A stretch of 19,211 bases of DNA, from IMG/VR virus record IMGVR_UViG_2687453529_000007; one strand, written 5' to 3'. The stretch comes from a virus. Taxonomy: Duplodnaviria; Heunggongvirae; Uroviricota; Caudoviricetes. This document shows positions 8,087-17,954 of the stretch, piece by piece. A model generated the notes under the pieces. The model made no database searches, had not been told where the DNA came from, and was given only the letters and a program-made list of their open reading frames with translations. Each line of letters begins with the position of its first letter. The first letter of the stretch is position 1. Both the position numbers and the translations under genes were made by a program.

Positions 8087-8887
8087 TTGGCCAACGATAT
8101 TATTACCCAGCTTCAGGCGCGTAATGAGACGTTGACGCAGGCAATAGCCCGTTACGGCTCACTCAACGCCAGAACATTGTTAACTCTCTCTACTCAGCAG
8201 GCGACAGTTATCAAACTAACGCAGCAGCTTGCCGATTCCGCTCTCCGCCTGGAGGAAAATAGCCGCAGCCGCGCTAATCTGATGGAGAAAACCCAAACAT
8301 TTGCCGGGCAATTTAGCAAAGTATTCAATGTTGAAGCCCCCGACTGGAAGTTGCCGTATGAGTTTCAGGACAACATGGTCAATATGGCGACCAAAGGTGG
8401 GATGAATGCTACAACCCGCGAGACGCTCAGCCTTAATCTGCGCGACTGGAGCATGGATTTTAACCAGCAGCAGACCACCTTACAGAACGCAGCCCAAACG
8501 CTGATCGAAGGCAATTTGTCGTCGATGCAGGATCTCAACCGTTATATGCCGGAGATCGCCAAAGCTGCCACCGCCACGCGCGAAAGTGCTGAAACGTGGG
8601 CGAATGCCGCGCTCGCGACTCATGATCGACTGAATATTGCCCCGGAAAATTTCCACGCCGCGCAAAACATGATGTACGGCATTAGCAAAAGCGGTGGGCC
8701 TGCCATTGCTGAACAAACGCAGTGGATAGAGAAATTTGCAGGTAAAACCGGCGCTCAGGGTCTGGAAGGTATGGCTGAACTGACTGCCGCCATGCAGATC
8801 GCAATGAAAAATGGGGCCAGCGCCAGTGCGGCGGCGGAGAATTTTGAACCACTTTCTGCAAACCACCTTTTCGAAAAAAACCGATAG
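8087..8887 (+). CDS. Tail tape measure protein, N-terminal segment (frame A); TTG start
   Basis: Helical N-terminal region typical of tape measure proteins; ends at TAG 8885-8887 while a second frame continues. In-frame stop at 8072-8074 restricts the start to the TTG at 8087 (RBS AAGAG upstream). Confidence 0.6.
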   Translation: MANDIITQLQARNETLTQAIARYGSLNARTLLTLSTQQATVIKLTQQLADSALRLEENSRSRANLMEKTQTFAGQFSKVFNVEAPDWKLPYEFQDNMVNMATKGGMNATTRETLSLNLRDWSMDFNQQQTTLQNAAQTLIEGNLSSMQDLNRYMPEIAKAATATRESAETWANAALATHDRLNIAPENFHAAQNMMYGISKSGGPAIAEQTQWIEKFAGKTGAQGLEGMAELTAAMQIAMKNGASASAAAENFEPLSANHLFEKNR

Positions 8888-10463
8888 CTGGTTCGCCAGC
8901 CAGGGCGTCGATCTGCAAGGCTCTCTGCTTGAACATCAGCAAAACGGTATGGGTGTTAGCGAAGCCATGACTCATATCGTACAAATGCAGCTTGAGAAGA
9001 TGAACCCGGCGATCCTCGACACCTTCAAACGTACTATGCAGATTGAAGATTTATCTGCTCGCAGCAATGCGCTGCAATCGATGGTGTCGCAATTTAATCT
9101 GGGCGAAATGTTCGGCGATGTGCAAACGGTGGAATTCCTGGCACCTATGCTGGCGAATATGGAGGAATATCGCCAGTTAAAAGCCTCTGCCATGCAAGCC
9201 ACCAGCAAGAATCTGATTAACGCTGACTTTTCTGCGCAAATGGCCTCGCCCATTGAACAGACTAAAGCGTTACAGCTGGCATTAAATGATTTATGGCTCA
9301 GCATTGGTTTGCAGCTTATGCCGGCGATTGGCGAGCTGGCACAAAGCCTTACGACGGTTATTCGCCAGTTCAGCGCCTGGCTACGCGAACATCCGGCGCT
9401 GGTGCAAAACATTGCGAAAATCGTCGGGGCGGTTTGGCTGTTTAACGGCGCGCTGAATGTTTTAAAGCTGGGCGCGAACCTCATCACCTCGCCGTTTATT
9501 CGTCTGGTCGATATCTTCCTGAAAGTCAAGGCAAGTCTGGCGCTCACAGGCGGGGCAAGTAAGATGCTATCAGCGGTTAAGTCATTGGGTGGCGGCGCAA
9601 AATGGCTAATGCAACTGCTTGGTCGTGGCCTGATTGGCGCACTGAAACAGGTAGGTCAGACCGTCTTCTGGTTGGGTAGGGTTTTATTGATGAATCCCAT
9701 TGGTCTGGTCATCACTGCGATTGCGGGCGCTGCTTATCTGATTTGTCGCAACTGGGAGCCTATCTCCAGGTTCTTTTCGACCATCTGGCAACGTATCACC
9801 ACGGCCTTTGACGGCGGCATTGCAGGAATTTGTCGGTTGATTCTCGACTGGTCACCGCTGGAGTTGTTCTATAGCGCCTTTTCCAGTGTGATGAATTGGT
9901 TTGGTGTCGAGATGCCTGCAAGTTTTAGCGAGTTCGGCAGCAATCTTCTGGGCAGTCTGGTTGACGGCATAATGAATGCCTTCCCCGCTCTGAAAGGCAT
10001 TATTGATCAGGTAAAAAACGCCATCCCAGACTGGCTAAAAACCACGATGGGTATTAGTACAGAAGGATCGGCTACAGCTATTACAAGCACGACTAATACC
10101 GCATCCGTCTCCCCCGCGACCGTTGTTCCAGGCGTTGCCGGTGCGATTTTAACACCGCCGGTGGGCAAACAACTCGCGCCATCCGGCAAAACGGCTACGC
10201 CGTCATCGGCGCCAGCGGCAAAAAATACAGCCGCCAAACCCGTATCTGCCTCTTTACCTGGTAAATCCGTAACCAAACCGGCGACGCTACCCTCCCGTTC
10301 CTCAGGAAAAGTCCAGGTAAATTTTTCGCCACAAATTACCGTGCAGGGTAACGGACAAAACACCACTAAAGAGATTCAGAACGTGTTGACGATGAGTAAA
10401 CGCGAACTGGAAAGAATGATTAACGATGTAATGGCGCAGCAGCAGCGCCGGGGGTATGCCTGA
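8811..10463 (+). CDS. Tail tape measure protein, main/C-terminal segment (frame B, +1 relative to frame A)
   Basis: Frame B opens after the TGA at 8805-8807 and encodes typical tape-measure content (LQTTFSKKTDSWFASQGVDLQ motif region, long hydrophobic/Gly-Ala-rich middle, Ser/Thr/Pro-rich tail). Segments together total about 790 aa. Confidence 0.65.
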   Translation: MGPAPVRRRRILNHFLQTTFSKKTDSWFASQGVDLQGSLLEHQQNGMGVSEAMTHIVQMQLEKMNPAILDTFKRTMQIEDLSARSNALQSMVSQFNLGEMFGDVQTVEFLAPMLANMEEYRQLKASAMQATSKNLINADFSAQMASPIEQTKALQLALNDLWLSIGLQLMPAIGELAQSLTTVIRQFSAWLREHPALVQNIAKIVGAVWLFNGALNVLKLGANLITSPFIRLVDIFLKVKASLALTGGASKMLSAVKSLGGGAKWLMQLLGRGLIGALKQVGQTVFWLGRVLLMNPIGLVITAIAGAAYLICRNWEPISRFFSTIWQRITTAFDGGIAGICRLILDWSPLELFYSAFSSVMNWFGVEMPASFSEFGSNLLGSLVDGIMNAFPALKGIIDQVKNAIPDWLKTTMGISTEGSATAITSTTNTASVSPATVVPGVAGAILTPPVGKQLAPSGKTATPSSAPAAKNTAAKPVSASLPGKSVTKPATLPSRSSGKVQVNFSPQITVQGNGQNTTKEIQNVLTMSKRELERMINDVMAQQQRRGYA

Positions 10464-11416
10464 TGTATGCCGTTTTAGGAGAGATTGAATTTAAGGTTGT
10501 CACATTCTGGGACGGCTTTAAAAGCACAATGGGCGTGGATTACGCCACACATGCCCGTATAGAAGGCAAACCCGGCGTGCAGTTTATTGGCGATAAGCTG
10601 GATATGCTGGCGCTGGAATTTTCCCTGCACAGCCAGTTTTGCCAGCCCACAACAGAGCTGAACCGACTGCGTGAAGCCATGCTTGCTCACAAGGCGATGG
10701 CACTGGTATTTGGCAATGGCGATTATCGCGGCTGGTTTGTGATTACGGAGCTAACCGCCACCCACCAGCACACCGATCCCTGGGGCAATGTGATTGCCCA
10801 AAACGGAACGATGTCGCTCCAGGAGTACACCGGCGATCCTAAAAATCCACTTTTACCTCCGGCGATTACCACCCAGGAGCCCAACATCGAGGAAAAGGCG
10901 AGCGATTTTCCCGACAAGGTGGAGTCCTGGTTTGATCAGATATTAAACGCCATCGAAGAAGGTATGCGTAAGGCCAAAGAGATGCTGGATGAACTGACAC
11001 AAGCCATTGAAGATATTAAAAAAACGGTGGCAAAAGTGAAAGCAATGATTAAAGAGGCCAAAGCGTTAAAAGAAAAGTGTGAAAAGATAATTACGTCATT
11101 GAAAAAGACAATCGACGCCATCGAAACCCTGTTTAAACAGCCAATGGATCTGCAAACGCTGGCAGGACTCCCAAAAGCGTTGTCGGCGCAGATTAAAACT
11201 TTACTGGGTAACATGCCAGGTATCCGGGACTGCGCCAATGACGCCAGTACACTGGTTGACCATGCTCAGGCGCTTTTCGACGACATTACCAGCGACATCG
11301 CCGAAGCGACGTTTGATAAAGCCGCAACGTTGGTTGATCAGGCACGAACAACGGTACAACAAACCACTCCCACAGTGAGCCAGCTTGCTGCCGCGACCAT
11401 TACGAGGATCTGGTGA
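10463..11416 (+). CDS. gpU-like tail protein with long C-terminal coiled-coil extension (317 aa)
   Basis: Sits between tape measure and gpX/gpD as P2 gpU does; ATG overlaps the tape measure stop (TGATG). C-terminal ~190 aa are E/K/A-rich predicted coiled coil. Assigned by synteny and weak N-terminal resemblance. Confidence 0.5.
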   Translation: MYAVLGEIEFKVVTFWDGFKSTMGVDYATHARIEGKPGVQFIGDKLDMLALEFSLHSQFCQPTTELNRLREAMLAHKAMALVFGNGDYRGWFVITELTATHQHTDPWGNVIAQNGTMSLQEYTGDPKNPLLPPAITTQEPNIEEKASDFPDKVESWFDQILNAIEEGMRKAKEMLDELTQAIEDIKKTVAKVKAMIKEAKALKEKCEKIITSLKKTIDAIETLFKQPMDLQTLAGLPKALSAQIKTLLGNMPGIRDCANDASTLVDHAQALFDDITSDIAEATFDKAATLVDQARTTVQQTTPTVSQLAAATITRIW

Positions 11417-11625
11417 TGCGATACCTTGAACATATCACCACCGACGGCGAACGCTGGGATAATCTGGCATGGCATTACTACGGTGATGCGCTGGCTTATG
11501 AACGCATAATCGCCGCCAATCCACATGTAGCCATTTACCCGGTACTGCCTTCCGGTATTCAGCTCATTATTCCGGTCATTTCCGTCAATAAAACCTTATC
11601 GGAGATCCCACCATGGCTGAGATAA
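11416..11625 (+). CDS. gpX-like small tail protein (LysM-like fold)
   Basis: Pattern L-x-x-I-x-x-x-x-ERWD-x-L-A-W-x-YYGD...AANP...LPSG matches the P2 gpX family; ATG 11416 overlaps the upstream TGA (track start 11413 is a GTG). Confidence 0.6.
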   Translation: MRYLEHITTDGERWDNLAWHYYGDALAYERIIAANPHVAIYPVLPSGIQLIIPVISVNKTLSEIPPWLR

Positions 11626-12653
11626 GCGTAACTGGTGGCGTCTTTGCCACACTCACGCCCATTTTTACCCTCTGGTATGGGCATAAAGATATCACTTATG
11701 ACATCACACCCTATGTCACCAGCATCAGTTACCACGACAGCATCAAAAACGAGTCGGATACCATCGCAATTACACTGGATGACACAGATGGACGCTGGAT
11801 AAAAGAGTGGTATCCCGGCAAAGGCGATACGCTGGCGCTGCATATGGGTTATCAGGGAGAGAAGCTGCTCGATTGTGGTCAGTATATTATTGATAAAATT
11901 GATATTTCAGCGCCACCTTCTACGGTAAATATTGATGGCATCGCCACTTCCGTCAATCAGGCGCTGCGCACCCGTAACAGCCAGGGTTTTGAAGAAACGA
12001 CGCTTTCGGCTATCGCCAGCCGTATCGCACAAACTCACGGCCTAAAGCTGGTGGGCAAAATCGAGCCTCTGACAATTGACCGGGTGACACAGTACGGCGA
12101 AACCGATGTTGGATTTCTCAAACGTCTGGCCAGTGAATATGGTTATGCCGTAAAAGTGACGACGAAAGAGCTGATTTTTTCACATTTACCCACGCTGCGC
12201 TGCCTGGCACCTGTGAAAAAGATCGACCGCAAAGACGTTTCGCATTTCACCTTCAAAGATACCATTAACCGTATCTACAAAAACGCCACCGTACAGCATC
12301 AAAATAGTAAGAAAAAAGAACTGGTTATCTACACTCACAACAGCCAGCAAAAACCGTCTGCCCGTGGAGTCGGCACCAGTGCCGACACGCTAAAACTGAA
12401 CAGTCGGGCGACGGACGTTGGCGCAGCACAGGCAAAAGCCAACGCTGCACTCGACAGCCACAACGAATATCAGCAAACCGGAACGCTCACAATGATGGGC
12501 TGCCCGGAACTGACGGCGGGCAATAAAATCGAGCTAACCGATTTTGGCGTGCTTTCCGGTCAATGGCTAATTGATAAATCGACTCACAGTTTTGTGCGCA
12601 GCGGCTATACCACTGAAATCGACGTGTCGCGCGGGCCAGCGACCAGCCAGTAA
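11613..12653 (+). CDS. gpD-like tail protein (late control D family; baseplate hub)
   Basis: Collinear similarity to P2 gpD: TLSAIASRIAQ / DVGFLKRLASEYG / C-terminal DFGVLSGQWLIDKSTHSFVRSGYTTEIDV. GGAG RBS. Confidence 0.8.
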   Translation: MAEISVTGGVFATLTPIFTLWYGHKDITYDITPYVTSISYHDSIKNESDTIAITLDDTDGRWIKEWYPGKGDTLALHMGYQGEKLLDCGQYIIDKIDISAPPSTVNIDGIATSVNQALRTRNSQGFEETTLSAIASRIAQTHGLKLVGKIEPLTIDRVTQYGETDVGFLKRLASEYGYAVKVTTKELIFSHLPTLRCLAPVKKIDRKDVSHFTFKDTINRIYKNATVQHQNSKKKELVIYTHNSQQKPSARGVGTSADTLKLNSRATDVGAAQAKANAALDSHNEYQQTGTLTMMGCPELTAGNKIELTDFGVLSGQWLIDKSTHSFVRSGYTTEIDVSRGPATSQ

Positions 12654-12662
12654 GGAGGAAAT

Positions 12663-13364
12663 ATGAAAGGAGTAACCCGTCAAACGGGGATTATCAGCGA
12701 TATTGACGAAACCAGCGTTCGGGTGCGGGTCACGCTCCCGGAGTGTGACAATCTGAAGAGCAACTGGCTTGCGGTACTTCAACGCAATTCCCAGGACAAT
12801 AAAGACTACTGGCTACCGGATATGGGCGAGCAAGTGGAAGTTCTGCTGGACAATAACGGTGAAGATGGCGTGGTGCTGGGCGCAGTTTATTCTACGGTTG
12901 ACACCGCGCCTGTAGCCTCGCGCGACAAACGTTACGTCCAGTTTTCTGATGGCGCAGCGTTTGAATATGACCGCAGCACGCACCAGCTGACGATCAACGG
13001 CGGTATCGAGAAAATCGTGATTGAGGTTATCAACGGTACCTGCCTGACATCGCCCAACGTTGAGATTAAAGCCCAACAGGTCACCGTGACTTCCGATACC
13101 GTCGATGTTAAAGCGACCGATGTCAGCATCGACGCCACTAAGGTCGAGGTTAAAGCAGCAGCAGTGACGGTAGATGCGCCCATGAGCACCTTTACTGGCA
13201 ACGTCACGGTAATGAAAAAACTCACCTGGCTTGGCGGGATGGCAGGAAGTGGAGGCATCGGTAACGCAGCCACGATAACCGGCAATGTCAACGTGATCGG
13301 CAACGTTCAGGCCAGCGGCGCATTGCAGGACAGCGGTGGCAACTCCAACCACCATTCACACTGA
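12663..13364 (+). CDS. gpV-like baseplate spike protein
   Basis: Strong RBS TAAGGAGG; MGEQVEVLLDNNGEDGVVLGAVYS and VQFSDGAAFEYDRSTHQLTINGG match P2 gpV motifs; C-terminal His-rich tip NHHSH. Confidence 0.85.
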   Translation: MKGVTRQTGIISDIDETSVRVRVTLPECDNLKSNWLAVLQRNSQDNKDYWLPDMGEQVEVLLDNNGEDGVVLGAVYSTVDTAPVASRDKRYVQFSDGAAFEYDRSTHQLTINGGIEKIVIEVINGTCLTSPNVEIKAQQVTVTSDTVDVKATDVSIDATKVEVKAAAVTVDAPMSTFTGNVTVMKKLTWLGGMAGSGGIGNAATITGNVNVIGNVQASGALQDSGGNSNHHSH

Positions 13365-13369
13365 CGTTT

Positions 13370-13399
13370 AACCCGCCTGATGGCGGGTTTTCTCTTTTT
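13370..13399 (+). terminator. Intrinsic terminator inside the tail gene cluster (between gpV-like and gpW-like genes)
   Basis: AACCCGCC-TGAT-GGCGGGTT stem-loop followed by TTCTCTTTTT. Confidence 0.7.
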
Positions 13400-13462
13400 A
13401 ATCAATCAGTTTTCTAAATCGCTTTAATATCTCCACAGCCCGTTCAGGGCGAAAATACCCTC

Positions 13463-13822
13463 ATGAACACAAAAACACGCCCCTCAACGCTGCACTGGCA
13501 ACCGGCCTTGCTGCGGCCTGAAGAATACGTCTGCGGACTGGATGATATTCACCAGGCAATACACATCATTCTGCGTACACCGCGCGGCAGTGATCCCCAC
13601 AGACCGCTGTTTGGCAGCAACTTGTGGCACTACATCGATTACCCCATCGAGCGGGCTATCCCGCATGTGGTACGGGAGTCGGTGGAAGCCATCCGCCAGT
13701 GGGAACCGCGCTGTCGGTTGCTGAAGGTGACACCAGTAATCGACGGCGAACATCTGACGTTACGTGTGCAATGGCGCGCCGCTGACGGCGTTATCAACTC
13801 AACGGAGGTGTTATGGCGATAG
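13463..13822 (+). CDS. gpW-like baseplate protein (GPW/gp25 family)
   Basis: ILRTPRGSDPHRPLFGSNLWHYIDYP and WEPR match P2 gpW (ILRTPVGSRVMRRDYGSLL...IDQP, KWEPR). Confidence 0.85.
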   Translation: MNTKTRPSTLHWQPALLRPEEYVCGLDDIHQAIHIILRTPRGSDPHRPLFGSNLWHYIDYPIERAIPHVVRESVEAIRQWEPRCRLLKVTPVIDGEHLTLRVQWRAADGVINSTEVLWR

Positions 13823-14928
13823 CCGAACCCAATTTTATTGACCGCGATCCTGCGCAAATTACCAGTGAGATGATTGCGCAATACGAAGATGCCAGTGGTA
13901 AAAAACTCTATCCGGCACAGGCTGAGCGGTTGCTCATCGACCTGTTTGCCTATCGTGAAAACCTTGTACGCATCGCCATTCAGGAAGCGGCGAAACAAAA
14001 CCTGGTCGCGTATTCCCGCGCGCCAATGCTGGATTATTTAGGAGAGCTGGTGGGCGTTCACCGTTTGCCTGCGCAGCCAGCAAAAACGACGTTGCAGTTT
14101 TCGGTCGTCAGTGCGTATACCAGCAATATCCTGATTCCCCAGGGGACGCGGGCCAGTGCCTCTGATAGCGTGATGTTCGCCACCGATGAAGATGTTCTGC
14201 TTCCGGCCTGGAGTTTGCATATCGCCGTTCCTGCCACCAGCCTCGCAGCAGGTGAACAGGGTAACGGCTGGCAGCCTGCACAAATTAGCGCTCTGGTCGA
14301 CAGGATTGGTCATTATGACATCAACGTAACCAACCTGACTGCGTCAACGGGCGGCTGCGGTGAAGAGAGCGATGACGCATTGCGCCAGCGTATCCAACTG
14401 GCACCAGAAAGCTTTAGTAATGCGGGCAGCTATGGCGCATACCGCTTTCATACGCTTTCTGTTAGCCAGTCGATTATTGACGTTGCAGTACTGGGGCCGG
14501 ACGAGGGATTGCCAGAAGGCTGCGTGGAGATCTACCCGCTAACCCTGAATGGACTGCCAGGAATAGAACTGCTCGCGCAAATCGAACAGGAGGTTAGCAA
14601 GGAGAAAAAACGTCCGCTGACCGACAAAGTGAGTGCGAAATGCGCTCTTCGAGTGCCGTATGAGATCCGTGCGCAGCTAACGCTGTTTACCACCGCCGAT
14701 CAGGAGACAACGCTGGCTGCGGCGCGTAAAGCGATTAGCCTCTGGACGCAACAGCGGCAGAAACATCTGGGGCAAGACATTGTGCCAAACCAGATAATCA
14801 AAGTGTTACAGGTCGATGGCGTCTATGACGTTGCGCTGAACTTGCCTACAAAACGTATTTTGCAGGCGCATGAATGGGCGGAATGCACTGCAATAGACGT
14901 CACGATCGCCGGAGTTAGCGATGGATAA
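13813..14928 (+). CDS. gpJ-like baseplate wedge protein
   Basis: Size, position after gpW and overlapping start (GGAGG RBS) fit the P2 gpJ / Mu gp47 family. Confidence 0.8.
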   Translation: MAIAEPNFIDRDPAQITSEMIAQYEDASGKKLYPAQAERLLIDLFAYRENLVRIAIQEAAKQNLVAYSRAPMLDYLGELVGVHRLPAQPAKTTLQFSVVSAYTSNILIPQGTRASASDSVMFATDEDVLLPAWSLHIAVPATSLAAGEQGNGWQPAQISALVDRIGHYDINVTNLTASTGGCGEESDDALRQRIQLAPESFSNAGSYGAYRFHTLSVSQSIIDVAVLGPDEGLPEGCVEIYPLTLNGLPGIELLAQIEQEVSKEKKRPLTDKVSAKCALRVPYEIRAQLTLFTTADQETTLAAARKAISLWTQQRQKHLGQDIVPNQIIKVLQVDGVYDVALNLPTKRILQAHEWAECTAIDVTIAGVSDG

Positions 14929-15637
14929 ATTGCTACCACCGCCGCCGCTTGCCAGCGATGAGCGTTTTTCGATTCTGGCAAATATCGCCGCCGAGCGTTT
15001 TGCCCAACTCGATCTGACGGCGTTGATGGTTTATCTGGTCGACCTGGTTGATGCTTCGGCATTACCAGCCCTTGCAGAACAATTTCACGTTCAGGGGTTG
15101 GAAGGTTGGTTATTTACCACCGATGAGCGGGAGAAACGCGAGTTAATTAAACAAGCCATTGAACTGCATAAATATAAAGGAACAATTTGGGCGGTGCGGC
15201 GGGTGCTGGAAATACTCTCCTTACCCGGAACTATTTCAGAATGGTTTGAATATGGGGGAAGGGCTTACTTTTTTAAGGTTGATATTACACTAGAGAAAAA
15301 AGGATTAAATGAAGATGAATTCAATGCACTTATCACATTAATTCATGAATATAAAAATGTCCGTTCAAAGCTGGAAAGCATTGTTATTTGGCTTATTAAT
15401 CGAAGCCCAATACCAGTTATTGGCAGTGCCATGCAAGGAGGGGAAGTCATTACAGTATTGCCTCCTGTTGCAGAAAGCCTCAGCCAGTCATCTGGAATAT
15501 TTTTAGCGACAGGTTATTGTGTGGAGGAATATATTCAACTACTACCTTATCAACCCGATCGACTAACACAATCCCAACCGATGAAGGTCGGCACAGGATA
15601 CTGGAGCACCGAAATTATGTCTGTATATCCGGAGTAA
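14921..15637 (+). CDS. gpI-like baseplate/tail protein
   Basis: [15 protein letters not shown] matches P2 gpI HCHKGTIGAIRRVVE; overlaps the gpJ-like stop. Confidence 0.8.
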   Translation: MDKLLPPPPLASDERFSILANIAAERFAQLDLTALMVYLVDLVDASALPALAEQFHVQGLEGWLFTTDEREKRELIKQAIELHKYKGTIWAVRRVLEILSLPGTISEWFEYGGRAYFFKVDITLEKKGLNEDEFNALITLIHEYKNVRSKLESIVIWLINRSPIPVIGSAMQGGEVITVLPPVAESLSQSSGIFLATGYCVEEYIQLLPYQPDRLTQSQPMKVGTGYWSTEIMSVYPE

Positions 15638-15639
15638 TA

Positions 15640-17250
15640 ATGGCAAGTGAATTTTTTACAATATTAACTGCTGCAGGCAAAGCCAAAATTGCCTCAGCAC
15701 TGGCCGAGCAAAAACAGATCCGTCTGCAAACTATGGTAGTTGGCGACGGTAATGGTAAATATATCGAACCGACAGAAAGTCAGACCAAAGTAGTCCATGA
15801 GGTCTGGCGTGGTCAGCTCAATACATTAAAAATTGCGCCAGATAATCCGGCCTGGGTTATCGCAGAAGCGATTATTCCCGAACAAGTCGGAGGCTGGTAT
15901 GTACGCGAAGTTGGGTTACTGGATACCGACGGCACGATGGTCGCTATTGGTAAATTCCCGGAAACCTATAAGCCACGATTACCTGCGGGGGCCAGTAAGC
16001 AAATCGTTATACGCGCGGTCATGGAAGTCACCAATGCAGATGCGGTGACGCTTTTGATCGACCCTTCAGTCGTTGTGGCAACCAGGGAATATGTCGATGA
16101 CGCGTTGAAAACACATCAGCAATCACGAAATCATCCTGATGCGACGCTGACACAAAAAGGTTTTACGCAGCTGAGTAATGCGACTAATAGCGATGATGAA
16201 ACCAAAGCGGCCACGCCAAAAGCGGTAAAAACGGCATATGACCTGGCAAATAGCAAAGCTGCCACCAGTCATAATCATGCCTGGAATCAGATTACTGGTA
16301 TCCCTGATGGTACACTGACGCAGAAAGGAGTCGTTAAGCTTAACAATACAACAAATAGCACCAGTACGACGGAAGCTGCAACACCAAGTGCGGTTAAGGC
16401 AGCGATGGATAAGGCTATTGCTGCGGCACCGTCCAGCCATACCCATGCCTGGGGGCAAATAACAGGTATCCCCGACGGTACGCTGACGCAAAAAGGGGTC
16501 GTGAAACTTAATAATGCGACCAACAGCACCAGTACGACGGAAGCTGCAACGCCGAACGCTGTTAAGGCAGCGATGGATAAGGCTATTGCTGCGGAAAGCT
16601 GTCCTGTTGGGATGCCTATTCCCTGGCCATCTGATTCTGTACCTTCAGGCTACGCTCTGATGACAGGTCAGACATTTAATAAAACCTCCTATCCCAAACT
16701 GGCAATTGCATATCCATCTGGTGTTATTCCTGATATGCGCGGATGGATAATTAAAGGAAAACCATCCAGTGGGCGCGCTATATTATCTACTGAACTGGAT
16801 GGAGTTAAATCACATAACCATACGGGCAGTATTTCGAGTACGGACTTAGGGACGAAATCTGTATCATCAATAGATCTAGGAACAAAGAACACTCAGTCAT
16901 TTAATCATGGGATAAAAACAACAAATACAGCAGGCGCGCATAGCCATGATAGTGGTTCTGGCGAAAGTAGTGAGGGGGGAAAACCTCGGTATGGTACTCG
17001 TGATAACACAACAAATAATTTTGGTTCTGGTGAATCAGATCATGACAATTACAAATTTAACACATCCACGGATGGAGAGCATGCACATTCAGTTAATGTT
17101 GGCTCACACTCTCACTCTGTTATTTTAGGGTCACATAATCATTCAATTGCCCTTGGTTCCCATAATCACTCCCTAACCATTAATAATACCGGCAACACCG
17201 AAAACACCGTCAAAAATATCGCATTCAACTATATTGTGAGGCTAGCATGA
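15640..17250 (+). CDS. Tail fiber protein (P2 gpH-like N-terminus, repeat-containing shaft, His-rich C-terminal receptor-binding region), 536 aa
   Basis: N-terminus [18 protein letters not shown]...HEVWRGQLN...[20 protein letters not shown]...[14 protein letters not shown] is collinear with P2 gpH. GGAG RBS 5 nt upstream of ATG 15640; the track ORF 15517 begins upstream inside the gpI-like gene. Confidence 0.85.
   Translation: MASEFFTILTAAGKAKIASALAEQKQIRLQTMVVGDGNGKYIEPTESQTKVVHEVWRGQLNTLKIAPDNPAWVIAEAIIPEQVGGWYVREVGLLDTDGTMVAIGKFPETYKPRLPAGASKQIVIRAVMEVTNADAVTLLIDPSVVVATREYVDDALKTHQQSRNHPDATLTQKGFTQLSNATNSDDETKAATPKAVKTAYDLANSKAATSHNHAWNQITGIPDGTLTQKGVVKLNNTTNSTSTTEAATPSAVKAAMDKAIAAAPSSHTHAWGQITGIPDGTLTQKGVVKLNNATNSTSTTEAATPNAVKAAMDKAIAAESCPVGMPIPWPSDSVPSGYALMTGQTFNKTSYPKLAIAYPSGVIPDMRGWIIKGKPSSGRAILSTELDGVKSHNHTGSISSTDLGTKSVSSIDLGTKNTQSFNHGIKTTNTAGAHSHDSGSGESSEGGKPRYGTRDNTTNNFGSGESDHDNYKFNTSTDGEHAHSVNVGSHSHSVILGSHNHSIALGSHNHSLTINNTGNTENTVKNIAFNYIVRLA
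16267..16602 (+). repeat. Tandem 168-bp (56-codon) direct repeat, two copies, within the tail fiber gene
   Basis: Two near-identical units encoding SH(N/T)[47 protein letters not shown], with a degenerate third copy upstream; matches the phage tail fiber repeat class. Confidence 0.8.
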
Positions 17251-17954
17251 ATACTTTTACCTTTTCCGATGAAGCTCAAATACTAACTGTATATAATTTT
17301 TCACAAGACTCCCAAGAATATATCGGTGAGTCTGATGCATACATTGCACCTAATACAGGCTTGCCAAATTATTGCACATTAATTTCACCTCCCGAAAAGG
17401 TTCCTGGTTTTACTCCAGTGTGGGAGAATGAAACATGGAGACTTATTGAAGATCATCGAGGCCAAACTGTTTATAACAAAGTTGATGGTAGCCAGCTTAT
17501 TATTCAAGAATTGGGCCAATTACCTGAAAATGTAACAGTCATTTCCCCGACAGGTTCTTTTGAACGTTGGGATGGTGAAAAATGGCAACCATCTATAACC
17601 GATGCTAAAGAGGCGAAATACTCTGCAATCAAAAATCAACGCGATGCCATCACAACCGATTACATCATCATCAACAACCATCACTTCCACAGTGATACAA
17701 ATAGCCGTATCCAACAGCTTTCACTCACAAAAATGGGAGCGGAGAAAAAAATTCCGCCAGGTTTAATGTGGAAAACTAAAAATAATGGTCTGATTGAGTT
17801 AACCAACGAAATCGCTGCCCAGTTTGAATCGGTCACCATGGATCACGATATGCGCTTGTTCGCAAACGCCCAGCGTCATATCGCGGCGGTGGAAGCACTG
17901 GACGATATTCAGGCGGTGCTCGACTACGATTATTCAACAGGCTGGCAACCATGA
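17247..17954 (+). CDS. Tail fiber assembly chaperone (Tfa / gpG family)
   Basis: N-terminal half [44 protein letters not shown]...[34 protein letters not shown] closely parallels lambda Tfa; ATGA overlap with the fiber gene stop. Confidence 0.85.
   Translation: MNTFTFSDEAQILTVYNFSQDSQEYIGESDAYIAPNTGLPNYCTLISPPEKVPGFTPVWENETWRLIEDHRGQTVYNKVDGSQLIIQELGQLPENVTVISPTGSFERWDGEKWQPSITDAKEAKYSAIKNQRDAITTDYIIINNHHFHSDTNSRIQQLSLTKMGAEKKIPPGLMWKTKNNGLIELTNEIAAQFESVTMDHDMRLFANAQRHIAAVEALDDIQAVLDYDYSTGWQP

Noticed and set aside
5959-16529. Antisense ORFs inside the sheath, tape measure, gpV-like and fiber genes (e.g. 5959-6327, 8972-9547, 12813-13355, 16123-16529 on the minus strand)
   Set aside because: Shadow ORFs opposite well-supported genes; the 16287-16529 one merely mirrors the fiber tandem repeat.
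4942-17954. Type VI secretion system or extracellular contractile injection system
   Set aside because: Presence of a tape measure, frameshifting chaperone, gpU/X/D proteins, tail fiber and Tfa, with no TssB/C, ClpV-type ATPase or eCIS-specific proteins, points to a phage-type tail.
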